From the NCBI GenBank assembly GCA_951406725.2, contig OX597822.1, positions 31,186,001 to 31,250,000 on the forward strand: 64,000 nucleotides of DNA, written 5' to 3'. The translations under genes were made by a program, and so were the position numbers. How positions within the stretch are numbered: the stretch's first letter is position 1; every line of letters starts with the position of its first letter. The DNA comes from Octopus vulgaris. Its lineage: Eukaryota. Positions 40,665-54,592 of this stretch are shown here, piece after piece. The notes below the pieces were generated by a model, which worked only from the letters and a program-made list of their open reading frames with translations, did not search any database and was not told where the DNA came from.

Positions 40665-41830
40665 CAGGTTGCTTCTGCGCATGTGTGAGTCAGTGTTGTG
40701 TTTGGCACTGAAGCGGTGAAGACGTGCTTTTGAAGCCGTGTTGAATTGAAAAATTTTGAAGCCCCATTGTAAGGTAAGATTCTGTTTTTTGGCTCCAGTG
40801 GGAAATTTTTGTTGACAAATGTTTTTTTACAGGCAGGAAGTCCTACTGGGTTCAGAATTCTGATTCTGCTGACATGGGGCAAATAACTTTTCTCGCTGAA
40901 TTATAAGAATTTTGGGGGGGCGTATTCGTCTTCGGTTTATGTTGAGTGAATATTTTTCTCACTTAATTATGAGAATTATTGCTCGTATTGTGCCTTTTGA
41001 AGAACTTTAATTGTAAGAACTGCTGTATGGGAGAGTGTTTTGCCTCCGAAGATTGAACAAATTTTTGTGAAAGTTGTGTTCCAGTTGTGGCGTTTCGGGT
41101 TCAACCTAGGCCGGGAGTACCGAATGGCCGGAAGATTTTTTTGCTGTATATTTTTCTCACTTAATTAGGAGAATTATTGTTTAACAATTTGTATACCAAT
41201 TTTTGCGGAAGTTGTGTTCCAGTTGCGGCGTTCCGGGTTCAACCTTGGTCGGGAGTACCGAATGGCCGGAAGATTTTTTTTGCTGTGTTCCTGAACTATT
41301 GACATCCTTCTAAACTTAATTTGACTTTCTCCGTTTTGTTTATTGTGACTTTCTTTTGATTTATTTTTCTTCTCGCTTTTTAAGTTTTATTTGGAATATA
41401 TTAAAAATAAACAAAAAAACATGGCAATAAAAAAAGACAAAATTTTGGAATGGGAGATTATACCGCCAAAAAAGTGGTTAAAAGACCGTGAAGATAGGAC
41501 GGTAGTGTTGAGAACCTACTCCAAGGCACTCGACACCATCGCCCTGCTCGAAAAGACGGCAATTGAAAAGGAGTTGGCAGAGTATTTGTCAACAATTAAA
41601 TTCATTTCCAGGGATGTCAGATATGCAACGGTGTGGTTGCTATTTGACACCTCTGAAGAGGCTTGCAAATTTGCTAGTAAACCCCTGGAGGGTAAGGAAA
41701 TTGTATTTCTGCCCACGTATCATGGAAAGAAATTGGCGAATGCTTGGATCTGCGGGCTGCCACCCGGGATAAAACCCGAGTGGATAGAGGAGACTATCCG
41801 CTGGGGTCGGGGGGGGGGGCAGCGGAACTA
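40665..41830 (+). mobile_element. 5' portion of a probable non-LTR retrotransposon (5' UTR with tandem repeats + truncated ORF1-like frame)
   Basis: It begins just after a SINE B head (40630-40664). The UTR holds a duplicated unit of about 77 bp (41071-41147, 41209-41286). A non-repetitive open frame MAIKKDKILEWEIIPPK... (41421-41831) ends in a poly-G run. Confidence 0.55.
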
Positions 41831-41831
41831 A
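41421..41831 (+). CDS. Truncated ORF, probably retrotransposon ORF1 (RRM-like) N-terminus
   Basis: About 136 codons of globular-looking protein (RTVVLRTY...VWLLFDTSEEACKFASKPL...ICGLPPGI). The family call is inference. Confidence 0.45.
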   Translation: MAIKKDKILEWEIIPPKKWLKDREDRTVVLRTYSKALDTIALLEKTAIEKELAEYLSTIKFISRDVRYATVWLLFDTSEEACKFASKPLEGKEIVFLPTYHGKKLANAWICGLPPGIKPEWIEETIRWGRGGGQRN

Positions 41832-42299
41832 GCTTCTTAATGTGAAAGTTCTTCCTGCGACTGTTTGGGTCGGGTCAAAAGCAATTTGCAGTTTTATAAA
41901 AGCATATTCCTTGACGTTAGGTATTCGACTACTCATTTCTTTTCACCACATTTCTTTACATTTATATGCTTATGTGTACACACACACACTCGCGCGCGCG
42001 CATTCAATGAAAACAAGAGGACAAAGAAAATCCTTTTAACACATCTTATATTATAAGTTACAGTGGTTTTTGCACCATCGCTGTATGCAACGTTACTTTA
42101 TGCTAGAATTCTGATTGGAAATTCTCGTAACGTGTGCGGTTTTAGACATTAGAGATGCACTTCAACGGATTTCCATCAAATGTGTTGTCACACTATGTGT
42201 GTTGTTTGCTCTATATCGAGAGCAAATAGAAAAAGTGAAAAATTAAAAGTGTGGATATGGATGAATAAGTGGAGTAGATATTATGTGGGGTGGGGAAAC

Positions 42300-42439
42300 A
42301 AGAGGATGAATACGTAAGAGAAGAGGAAGGAAAAAGGTGAAGGGAGGGAAAAGAACAAAAGAAGACGAAAGTGAAGAAGAACATGAAGAGGAAGGAGGAA
42401 GGGAGGTGAAGAAGAAGAAGAAGAAAAAAGAAAGGAGAA

Positions 42440-42480
<41 letters not shown>

Positions 42481-42775
42481 GGAAGAAGAGGAAGAGGAAG
42501 AAGAAGAAGAAGAGGAAGAAAAAGAAGAAAAAGAAGAAGAAAAAGAAAGAAGTAGAAGAGGAAGAAGTAGAAGCAGAAGTAGAAGAAAGAAGAAAAAGAA
42601 AGAAGTAGAAGAGGAAGGAGTAGAAGCAGAAGTAGAAGCAGAAGTAGAAGAAAGAAGAAAAAAAAAGAAGTAGAAGAGGAAGAAGTAGAATCAGAAGTAG
42701 AAGAAGAAGAAGAAGAAGAAGAGGAAGAAAAAGAAGAAAAAGAAGAAGAAGTAGAAGAAGAAGAAGAAGAAGAAG

Positions 42776-42805
<30 letters not shown>
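42300..42805. repeat. Degenerate (GAA)n purine-rich tract
   Basis: Direct reading. Confidence 0.95.
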
Positions 42806-42806
<1 letters not shown>

Positions 42807-42809
42807 TGA

Positions 42810-43480
42810 ACAACATAGTGATTTGCGATTTTGCCATGGACAGGGAGTTGGAACAAAGAACCAACGAGAAACTTTGTATTAAACTTCGAAAATCTTTTTA
42901 TGGAGACTTGACATCGAGAATACTTTAATAAGCTTGTGGGAGGGAATGGGTCGTACGCAATGTTTCGACAGGCACGGGCGCTTGAAAAGCAGAAGAACGT
43001 CCCTGGAAGACGATGAGCAATCTGGAAGACCTGCCACGAGCGTCAGCCCCGGAAATGAAGGTATTGTGCATTCATGTGTTTGAACCCCAGCATTTTATGG
43101 AGGACATTCAGCGAAAGCGAACGGACCTGTGGGGTGTGAAAAATTTGATTCCTCCTCGAGCTCTCCTCACTCGTGGTTTTCTCGCCAAACCAACATGGTC
43201 TCGCTTCCGTACCCGCCCTATTCGCCAGGTCCAGCACCTGCGAACTTCCATCTCTTCCCGAAGATGAAAATACAGCTCAAAGGTCACCGCTTTAACACCA
43301 TTGTCGAGATGCAGAGTGAATCACAGAAGATCCTTGACTCGCTTATGGAAATCTATTACTTGGACTGATTACAAAACTGGGACCGGTGTATTGTGCAAGG
43401 TGACTATTTCGCAGGAGATAAGGAATTTAAGTAAATAAATTATTTTATATCAAACATAAATAGTCCGGAAACCTTCGTCT
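42810..43480 (+). pseudogene. Internally deleted mariner relic
   Basis: Fragments LEQRTNEKLC, KSRRTSLEDDEQSGRP, LPYPPYSPGPAPANFHLFPKMKIQLKGHRF and WDRCIVQGDYF. Confidence 0.85.
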
Positions 43481-46400
43481 AGAAGTGAAAATGCGTCCAT
43501 CACATGATCCTTCCTCAGTAAAAGCATTCCAAAAGTTTAAGTATTATATATTGCATTATATATAACACAATTATAAGTACATATTAGACGATTTCAGCAC
43601 ATGACTATCTCATTCGATTTCTATATTACAATTTTCTTATATATGCGTGTATAATGTGTGTGTGTATATGTGTAAGAGTATACACGTATATGTGTATATA
43701 TGTAACCCCATGTATATAAGTGCGTGTGAATGTGCATAAATTATTTCTTGTTTCGAAACCTGTTTCAAAAAGTTCATGGTTATATAATTACCATCATATA
43801 GTATATACGAATTATTATCGTTATGTAGCCAGTGAGCAATCACGATAATGGGCAAGATCTAAGGAAGAGAAAAAGAAAATTACGTTAAAGTTCTGCCTGG
43901 TGAAAAATGTAATTGGTTATTTCGTAGCAAGTCAAAGCATTCGTTCCCAGACGGCATTACCCCAAAATTGGGTCTCTTTACTTATAGACACTCTGATGTA
44001 ATATTCTATTGAAAGCATACATTTTATTACATCTTTCTTATAAAGATTATCATTTCTCTTCATTCTAGCTAAAATTCTATTCTCTTAGCATACCTTCCTT
44101 CTTTTCAGCTACTACCATTCCCTTTCCTGAACGCTTATTGTTCCTATGCCATTTTGTCTAGAGCTCTGACGCATTTATGAATATAGGGACATTTCTAAAT
44201 AAACGGAAAGAAGAGAAGTCATATTCTTTGCATATTTATGAAATAGCTGACTGCAAAGAATAACATAATTTTACAAGAAATTTAATTTTAATTTCTTGCA
44301 GATGTTTGGATTTATGCAAGCACACTTAAGTAGTTGCCACCAAGTTTTAAATCGCTTGCACTGATTGTCTTCCATAAACACTCATCTAATTATTGGATAA
44401 TTTTATATTTAAATCTAACGAGGCCAAATGTTTTAATTCTTCTTGATTCTAGCTGTTTTCAAAGAGTTTAATACAAAAACATGTTTTGTAGTAAATGGAC
44501 ATATGTAAATGTCTAACTTCCTGAATGTGAAATATGAACTTTATTTTAGAAATATTTACTCTTTCAGCGCGAGTTACGACATTTTACAAAAGAAACTTTA
44601 CACTATATACAAGATGAAAACAAATTAAATAATAAAATATGGGAAATATTAACTAACGAACCAAAACAAAATAGCAATATGAGGGAAAGAATAAATTTTA
44701 GATGGAATGGGAGAAATGGAATTCGCAAAATATAAATGACACATGTTTAAATGTAGAAAATCAGATGACCATTATTAAATAAATTATGACACGGAAGAGT
44801 TCATTTATATAATACTTTTTATGAAATATAATCGATAAATGTGCACGCATTTCATTTTCCGCTTACATTTGTATGAACCTGACGAGTATACATACAACAC
44901 ATATAGAAACGCCTCCTCATGCATATATATATATATGCATACATTCACACATACACACATGCATACACACATACTCGTACACATGTATGTATATGTAATA
45001 GCTGATTACATTTACCAAGAATATAAGGTCACATTTATCTAATGTTCATTATGAATATTTCAAATTTTAAAATATTAAGTTCCAACTTATGTTGAAATGT
45101 GAAAATTGAGGAAAACATTCGACATTTGTTACACTTGCTACGTTCTTGAGAAATTATTTTAGTCTTCGTTTACGTTATCAAAATCAAATGCATACGAGGC
45201 TGATAAATAGATCACATTCAGAAATACATGGTGTATTTATGAAACCATTGGACATTAATTCATAGAATACGGTAAAAAAATTTTAATATTTTTTTCGTGT
45301 ATATTCTGAATTCAGATCGACTTTGTCATTCAACTGTGATTGAAAGATTGCCCGTCAAATACCGAAATATATCCAATTGTTTGAGCCGCTCTGATATAAT
45401 GTATAGCATAGCCTTCATATAACAGTTAGCAATATTCGATGTCATTATAATACAGTCTAATACAAAGAATTTGGCTGTTTATAAAAGCATTTTGACGTAT
45501 AAGAATACAATATGCAAGTATAGTTGAAATGCCCTTAGATATGATAAAATGGCATATGGTACATACCGTGTAAGTTCAGTTGCAGTCAACATTGTTTTTT
45601 CATTCTTCCTACCTTCCAACCTTGTACTATAAATTTCCACACCAGGGTGACTTTTTAACAAACTTCATATTCCATCGGACGAATTTAGTCCGGCACTCTG
45701 ATAGAATTTGTCCGTCTTCGAATAAACGGCATCACCTGGTGTATTTATCTATTTTGGGCAATCACATATTTTGTTATCTTAATTTTCTAATCCTTTATGG
45801 TATTAGGTTTTGCTTCATCTATAAATTGCACGGCTGATCAATTAAATATGGTTTTTAGTATTAAGTTTCTATCTTCTACTGCGAGTTGTTGAGCTGGTTG
45901 TGTTTCATACACATCGTAATTTAAAGTAAGCTATGACTACACATATATACGAATGATAACAACAAAAGCAATTTATACGACGAAAGTATCTAATTTTCCT
46001 TATGAAGATTTTGTTGTTTCATACAGATCTAAACCATACGCGAAATCGAGTTAAAATAATACTGGAAGCCGAAACGCACCAAAAGAAAACAAACACAGAG
46101 TTTTGAACAAGCGCATGAGATGTGTAATATATAATCACAATTCCAAGTATAAAGTGTATTTCTTGATGGCAGCTGCTATCAATCTGAAATTTAAATTTAT
46201 CAATATTTTTTGTGCTGTTGATAAAATTTTAAATACATAAATCTGAAATAATCTTACGTATTTTGCTTTATTTATTAATACTCAATTATTTCTGTTCCTA
46301 TGTTCCTCGACATTTTATACTGCATGTAACGTATATATATTGTTATAGATAAACGAAACAATAGAAAGATAGCATTTTAAAAACGTAAGCATTTCTCCTA

Positions 46401-47385
46401 ATATTATATATTTGAGACGCCATTTCAATTATTGTTACTTCCTTTCTGTTCATATCAATAGAAAGTAAAAGGTTTTCTTTAGCGCCAGTTGAATATCTTA
46501 TTGCAACAGCTGGATCTCTTACTCGGAAACTGACGACAAATTATCCTGACGACAGAGTCATAAAGCGATAGGTAAAAATGTCGGTAAATATACAGAAAAA
46601 AACATACATATATACATATACATATATACATGTACATATACATATATAGATAGATGGATTGGCAGAAAGATAGGTTGATAGATAGAGCGAGAAATAGCTA
46701 GATAGATAAATTCATAGATACAGTGTAACAAACATAAATAAGTACCCTTCAACAGACATGAGTAAAATATTAAAGAAAACTTCAGGGCGTTCTGGTCTCA
46801 ATGTTCGAACATATAAGGACACAAATATTGTGTCGTATAGCCAGCTGGAAATGATATTTCCTGGGGATAATTTACAATAGTCCTATCCAGGATAGCTACA
46901 TTATGTTGGCAAATAATCTTTACTTTAAAACAATGGAACATTGTTTCATAACATCTGACATAGCTTTGTTAACAGTGTAAGTTAGCAGTACCCGTTGATG
47001 ACCAAGCCAGCGGTGCTCGTTTAGGTATGACCTGCCCCACCATCACCACAAGATGTTTTAGTGCAGGAAGTAAATTATACTAACTGAAGTTCATAAAAGC
47101 AAAATCTGTCAAAGGACTGCTGAATTCAGCTTTATAAAATGCCACCCAAACCAACACACACACACATACACACACGCACACACACCTCATTTGCACGCAC
47201 ACAAACAAACACAAAAGCAAACAGACACTAACACTCGCACTCACGCTGAAACGCATACATGTATATAAATATACATGAATGCATGCATGCACATGTATCT
47301 AGCTAAGTGAGTTAGCCTTGGGCCGACAAAAACCTTGCGAGTGGAATTGGTAGACGGAAACTACAAGAAGTCCGTGGAATATATA

Positions 47386-47420
47386 TCTATAATATATAAG
47401 ACGGAAGATGCGTGTGTGTG

Positions 47421-47481
<61 letters not shown>

Positions 47482-49050
47482 TTGTGTGTGACCGTCCATT
47501 AGCTTGTTCTCACGTAAGAACAATAATTTCCATCCGATTTCGTTGGCGCTTGGCAAATACATCACTTATATTCCACATATGGTTTTACACTCTTTAGATT
47601 TTTTCCCTTTCGGAGTAATATGGAGTTATGGAAATTCTACGGTCAGAACCTCAGAAAAACCTTCTACAGAGGACAAGAGAGGTAACACTTTGCGAAGTAA
47701 CAGTCCGAAATTCATAATGTGCCTTACACCGGAAGATGTATGCGTGCGTTTGTGTGTGTTTGTTTGTATATGTGACGTAGAGTAACTCTTTGCAATGCCC
47801 ATTCACTGCAGACCGACCCTATTTGCACATTAACATTTCCTTCACGTAGCCATGCAATTTAAATCAAATTTTAATTCTTTTTAAATCCCTTCAGAAATTA
47901 ATCCATATTACACATATGCTTTTACTAGTACCAACTTATGACAGTTATACAGTTTTTTACAATGTCCATTGAGTGCAAACCACCAAACCAGATTGTCTTC
48001 ACGTCAGAGCTGTCCTTGCTCCTACAAATGCAGCCGTCAACACTCTTAACTACGATTTAGTCAGCTACCTTCTCAAGAACGTTGTTACAGATCAGTTGAC
48101 ACCGTTACCGACTTTGATCAGGTTACACACTTTCGAACTGAATTCCTCAACACACAAGTTCCCCCAGGACTCCCTCTCCATGAACCACTTAAAAGTTGAT
48201 TGCTCTGTCATTCTTCTACGCAATCTAAACGCACCCACTCTATACAACGGAACTCGCCTTGTGGTCAAACAAACGATGGCCCACGTCATTGAAGCTCAAA
48301 TTATAACGGAACACGGGAAATACGATACTGTTATCATGCCGAAAATTCAGTTAACTCCAACATAGAATTCAGTTCCTTCTGAAATTCAGCTTCACCATGG
48401 TAATTAACAAAGCACAAGATCAGTTGCTGAAAGTTGTCGGATTGGGCCTTCGAGCATCGTGCTTTTCACATGGGCAGTTCTACGTCGGTTGTTCCAGAGT
48501 TGGTTAAACTGACAACTTATTAATCTATCCTCCCGAAGGAACAAAAAAATGTCTACAAACAGCCCTACATTAGTTATTCCTATACTGCATTCTTCACATC
48601 TACACTAAACTATAGCCATTAGCAATTAGACATCCTGCAAGCATTTTATTTATATTTTGCCTCATTTCCCTAATTGCGGTTAACAATGCATTACCTTTAT
48701 TTTTACTTTTATTTTTCATTTTTCATCCTTATTTTCTTCGTCTTTTTTTTCGCTTCTTTATCTTTATCTTCATTTATTTATATCCCCATGCTTTTTCACG
48801 TCTTTGTGTATTTATATATTTATATATTTATATACTTATATGCTTTTTTATATTTTTATATTTTTTTATATTTTTTAAATTTTTACTCTTTTTTAATTTT
48901 TTACTCTTTTACTACATTTGGCACCTACTACTCTCCCTCTTTATGATCCATAACTCATTAAAGATTCACCCCCTCCAACTACTTCCCTCTCTATCTCAAC
49001 ATCCAATCTCCTCATTCTACATCGAGTGAAAAACGGGATGGACGCTTTGT
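47386..49050 (+). mobile_element. Internally deleted Helitron
   Basis: 5' A|TCTATAATATATAAGACGG start, an internal PIF1 helicase relic, and a degenerate 3' end near GTGAAAAACGGG...CGCTTTG. Boundaries are approximate. Confidence 0.55.
47973..48572 (+). pseudogene. Helitron PIF1-family helicase C-terminal fragment
   Basis: RAVLAPTNAAVNTLN, LKVDCSVILLRNLNAPTLYNGTRLVVK, and FTMVINKAQDQLLKVVGL...CFSHGQFYVGCSRV (PIF1 motifs IV-VI). Confidence 0.9.
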
Positions 49051-49290
49051 TTTTGTTTTGGTGCCTCGCTCTGTTGTATACGACTATGAAGATTTGCATC
49101 CCCAACGTAAATCGTCTTTTTCCCAAACTTATAATGTAATACATGTCCTTGAAGTAGTAAGTGTGCGCGGCTGAAGAAGGCTATTGACATACATATTACA
49201 TCAATTATGCATTGATATAAACCGTCTAATAAAAGCCAGAAACATATGTACCGCTAAATCCTTTGCATCATGTTTTATATATATATATAT

Positions 49291-49304
49291 CAATGACTGA
49301 AACC

Positions 49305-49341
<37 letters not shown>

Positions 49342-49532
49342 TCACATGTAAACATATGTATATGTATATATATATACACATAATACACATATAAACATAT
49401 GTATATATATATCTCTCTCTCTCTACATATATATAAATATATATATATATATAGATAGATAGATATACATATGTTTATATCTGTATTATGTTTGTATATA
49501 TATATATATACATATACATATGTTTACATGTG

Positions 49533-49568
<36 letters not shown>

Positions 49569-49584
49569 CCGGTTTCAGTCATTG
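49291..49584. repeat. About 295-bp fold-back palindrome of microsatellite DNA capped by hammerhead halves
   Basis: CAATGACTGAAACCGGTA at the left end and TACCGGTTTCAGTCATTG at the right end. Internal blocks such as CACATGTAAACATATGTATATG and CATATACATATGTTTACATGTG also mirror each other. Confidence 0.85.
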
Positions 49585-49601
49585 AGACTTTTTCAACTGT
49601 A
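49563..49601 (-). ncRNA. Hammerhead motif, U3-A8 variant, helix I disrupted just after the cleavage site
   Basis: Minus strand TACAG-TTGAAAA-AGTC(TCAAT)GACT-GAAA-CCGG-TA-TGTA. Confidence 0.65.
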
Positions 49602-49782
49602 AGTATGGAAAGCAATTAAAATTTGGAAAAATTAAATGAAAATAATGAAAAAATGTCTACATAGTATTCAAATGCAAGGGGCATTTACTTTGTTTCTACA
49701 TGTCTCTGTCCCTCTTGGCAGAGAGGAAATTATTTTAGCATTATCTGCCTTGTTTCTTTTTCATTTGTACACACATACATAA

Positions 49783-49842
<60 letters not shown>

Positions 49843-50039
49843 CCGTGGGTGTATGTATACATGTATATGCTGGTATGTGTAAATGCGTATATCTGTGTAT
49901 ATGTGTGTAGGCATATATCTATAGGTGTGTGTGGGAGAGCATATATATGGGTGTAAGTACATAAGTATTCAGGCCTATATAATAGTGCATGTACACACGC
50001 ACAGATATGTATATGCGCGAGCACGTATATCAATATACA

Positions 50040-50720
50040 CTTCTTGCTGCCCCCACTGTCCGTTTAGCCAGTACAATAAATATCTCCGTCTCCTTTTAGA
50101 AACTTGACCCCTGTATCTTATTATTTATCCCTTCCTTTTTGAGGTTTACTATTCAGTTTCTTAACATCACCGTACCATTTTCTCTACCCATCCCTACACT
50201 TCAGTGCTTTTCAAACACATCAACCAACCTCACACTCCTAAATATATTCATTCCTTACGTTCGTACCTACTCCTACCACCCTCTTAATATCTTGACCACC
50301 ATTGGAGTAATACTCCATTTTCTCATTTCTCTTCATTTCTCTTCCTTACTTCTTTCTTCAGTTATTCAGTATAGCATACACCTCTTTTCCCTCCTCTCTA
50401 TCTACTTAATTCTCAAACATTTATTCTCTACATTCTCAAAATTTTATTCACGGCACATGACCCCTTTGAATGAACAACACATGGAATCTACGTGCCTACA
50501 CTTTCCATTTGTAATGACAAATTATGATTAGATACCTCCAACTTTTGGACCTTGGACACTGATAGTATTTTTGCTCTCTTTTGCTCGTCGTTAGTTTAAA
50601 TGCTTATGTTACATACCATGTTTCACTCATTTCGCTGAATGGTGTGCCACTGTAAGATTTGACATGCCGATACTATTTGCTCCCCATTTCTTTTCCCATT
50701 TAACAATATGATTTAAAGAG
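50040..50720 (-). pseudogene. Possible very old LINE (RTE-like) 3' relic
   Basis: Minus-strand peptides NGKCRHVDSMCCSFKG and KRVVGVGTNVRN weakly resemble RTE C-terminal motifs. Confidence 0.3.
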
Positions 50721-51703
50721 TGTACAATACATTGGCATAATATGTAACAGAATATATATTTTTCGTGTGTGTGATTACCATGGCCGATATTAGTATAATA
50801 TTCAGCAAAGCTTACATCTAAAACGTTGTCATAAACAGTAATGTAACCGGCATTTAGAGTTTACGCTGCGGGTATATGACGATAATTGAAATGCTTTCTA
50901 TTCAATGTGGACAGAATTGTCAGGTGTAAATGATTGTTCTCTTAATCTGAAAAATTCCATTAGTAATAAAACATAACATATATTTAACGACAAAACTTAC
51001 TTTTATCCAATGGCCAGTCAGTTGATAAATAGCTACGTTGAAATGTTGTTCACTTTTGCAATATTAAAACTAAGATTTCCGGTTGCCAAGATAAAAATGA
51101 AAGAAAGAAGAGGACACAATCAATTGAATGAGCTCACATGGCAGCAGCGTAGTTATACGGAATTTGATTTTGATAGACTGTAGAATTAGTTTACTTAAAT
51201 GGCAACACTTTTTTATTACACCATCTGCTAGTCCAATGAACACTTCTGAAGTTAAAGACAATAACAATTAAATATAGTTTCAGAGATTATGTTAGAAACA
51301 TACACACACACACACACACACAAGTACACACACACGTACACACACATATACACACACACAAACACACACATAGACGCGCGTTATACATATGTTTTCTTAT
51401 ATATACATGTATATTCAAGTGATGTAGCGCCGGTATCCTTAACAGCGTCTAAACTGAGCTGATAAGCAAGGGTTTCAAATCCCTCAGCTAATCTCTGATA
51501 GGATGAGTCCGCCTTACGGTTCCCGTTAATATTCAAGCCATATAGATATGAGTGAAACTGTTTTGTATTTATATATATATAGTACAAAATTGGACAAGAA
51601 CGCAAAACATCTGGACATATATATATATATACGTATACATATATATATATGTACATATATATATGTATATATATATGCATATATATATATATATATGTAT
51701 GTA

Positions 51704-51741
<38 letters not shown>

Positions 51742-51746
51742 CACAC

Positions 51747-51804
<58 letters not shown>

Positions 51805-54592
51805 GTGTGTGTGTGTGTGTGTGTTTTGTGTGCGTATGTGTACAGGACCTGAGACACAAATGAGCAATTCATAATTCATCCGCGATGTCGCATATTAAAT
51901 GAAATATTGCGAAATATAACTTATGTAGTAAAACTTTACACATCATGTCTTTTACATGAAATGTCTAAACCTGAAAATATGGATAACTAAAAGCAAATTG
52001 AATTTCTCATCTCTCAGGATACTCATTAGGATGTTCCGTGGCTGCATTTTTAAAATTATGACTGTTATATAATCAACGTCATAACTTGTATAGTCAGCGT
52101 GAATTTTAAGAACGGAGAACTGCAAATCTTTTCACAAATTTAATAATGGAATTGTGAAGGTGTTGGCAATTTGGAAATTGGATGAAAAGTTATTGAATGC
52201 TAAACAAAATTAGAAAGGAAAATCAATATATAAAATGCAAAAATGTTTAAAGTAAAAATTACAATTAAAGAGAAAATATAAATGGCAACATCAGAAATTA
52301 AAGGGATTAGACAAATGTGATTAAAAGTTCTTAATGGTGATTGGAGTTGTCGATCTGGGTTTTAATAAGCAATTATTAGTATATTTGAATACAACATAAA
52401 AATAACATTAATGAAATAATAATTATAGGTAGACGAATAAAAGAGCATTTATTTGTATTGATTTATAAGAAACCCTTCAATCAATTAGAAATCACCAATA
52501 GAAATTGATTATTGTTTTAGATATTATTTCGTTGCTAGCATTGAGCTAATTTGCATTATTTTCTGTCAAAAGAATATTCACTTCAATACTGACGGAATTA
52601 TACTTTGCTTTCAGGAAGTTGCTCAACATATAACGCATTCTGTTTTCTTTTAATAAAAATATATGCGATTTAATATTGAAAGGTTATTGTTTCCTTATGG
52701 TATAATAAATCATAAAATTCGCATCATTTTTATGTTTTAGAAAACAATGACATTTAAAACTTTCTTCTCTTACATTTAATATATTTCCAAAGATAATTTG
52801 TTTTCGCAAGCACTTCTGATGACTTTCTCTTAAAATGATAAAAATAATTAAACACATAAAGAAAGAAATAATTCCTCATTCTCTGGTAGAGAATTTCTTT
52901 CTCAAGAGAAATTAATATTGTCAATTAATATTCACACTTTTTTTTTCTTTCGAAAAGGCGCATGTTTAATCAAATTGTCACAGCATCCTTTTAGCAATCA
53001 ATTTCATATTTCAACAATTAAAGTAACTTATTCATGAACATCTTATATGAATAATTTCATAGATGACATTCATGAAGATCTCTTAAACGTGTTGCTATAA
53101 GAAGAAATAAATAAAGTATGAAAGTTATAATAGCTTTGAGAAACAGAGCTAACGTTTCTCTTGTAAACGGAGATGTTTATAGAAATACAATTAGAAATAA
53201 GATTATTACTTGAAAAGTTCTTGCGTTATGATCAATCTAAGGCTTACAATAAAAGGAATCGGTCATAATTTATAAATACAAAATAAATAGTTTACGTAGC
53301 AAATATATTCATTAATGATTTTGAAAAATGACTACGCGTGTTTAGAGACAAAAATCCAAATGAAAATCACTTCCCTGTATGTTCAAGTAGATTCACTATA
53401 TCATGTTTCATAGGAAGTTTCTAAGAAAATGCATGCACGTTTGTGTCATCCAATATTATTTTCAGGATCCAGTGAATTCATCAATGTATAACTCATAATT
53501 GAATATTTTCTAACCTGACATAGGAAATTCGTTTCTCTAGTAATTTGTGGTTACATTATTGTGGTTGAGCAATTTTAAGTTGAATATCCTTCTTTTGGCC
53601 GGTGTAAATGCATAGAATACTCCTACATACTTTCCATTTAAAATGATACTGGAAAACGGTCCTGCAAGTAAACACTGCCTTATCTCAGATTTCGTCCCGT
53701 TTATCTGATTTTACTGGCTGAAATGGGTACGGTTCTATGAACGATCAACAGTATTTCTTCTTATGGAAAACATCAAGTAGAAAGCAAGTCTTGATTGTTC
53801 CCGATTTTTCTTGGAGATATTTAATGCGGAGAAATTGAATATCGAAATAATTTCAGTATATTCATGCGAGAATATACTGCTATTACTCATCTTGTTATAT
53901 TACTCGACAGTTTTACGTCTGAATCTAATTCAATGGATTAAAGTATTAGACGAATCAAACCTATTCAAAATGATAGTATTATTTAAAAACTTATTAATGT
54001 GACATACTCATTTTAATATACAGCATAAGTACATCCCTATTGAATTACATCGCTTTTAAAACGACACTACGCTTCTATAATGTTCAGTTGTGTGATATTC
54101 GTTGAGAGGGCTGAAAATCTGCCTGATATGAAATAAAATAAAAATCTGTTTTACCTCGGCTTTCGGAGGCATAAATCAAATAGAGATGTGCCACGTTCTG
54201 GCATTCAGCATGAAGTATATAATAGTATTCCAGGCTATAAACGATAACATGAACACATCTCATTAACTTCTTTAATAATATCATGCTGAATCAAATTTAT
54301 TGTTTGAGAGACAGAGAGAAGCAGAGAGGTATAAACGGATGTGTGAGATAGGGAATGACGTAGTGAAAGTGACAAAATAAGCCTGAGTAAAAGGAGAATG
54401 CATAAAGAGTGAAAACTGTATTTTATTGTACATTTTGTTTTGTTTGTTTAAACCGTTTCGCTGTTTTATGCATTTTGTTTGAATGATTTTCAAATTTCTT
54501 TTCAGACAGCCATTTCAATTCTCTTCATGTTCAAGAGTTGATACTGAAAGTAAATTTCTCTTTAATATTGCGTTTTGATATTATTTAATATA

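Noticed and set aside
47973-48365. Host PIF1 helicase gene
   Set aside because: Intronless, frameshifted and inside Helitron-like termini, so it is a transposon relic.
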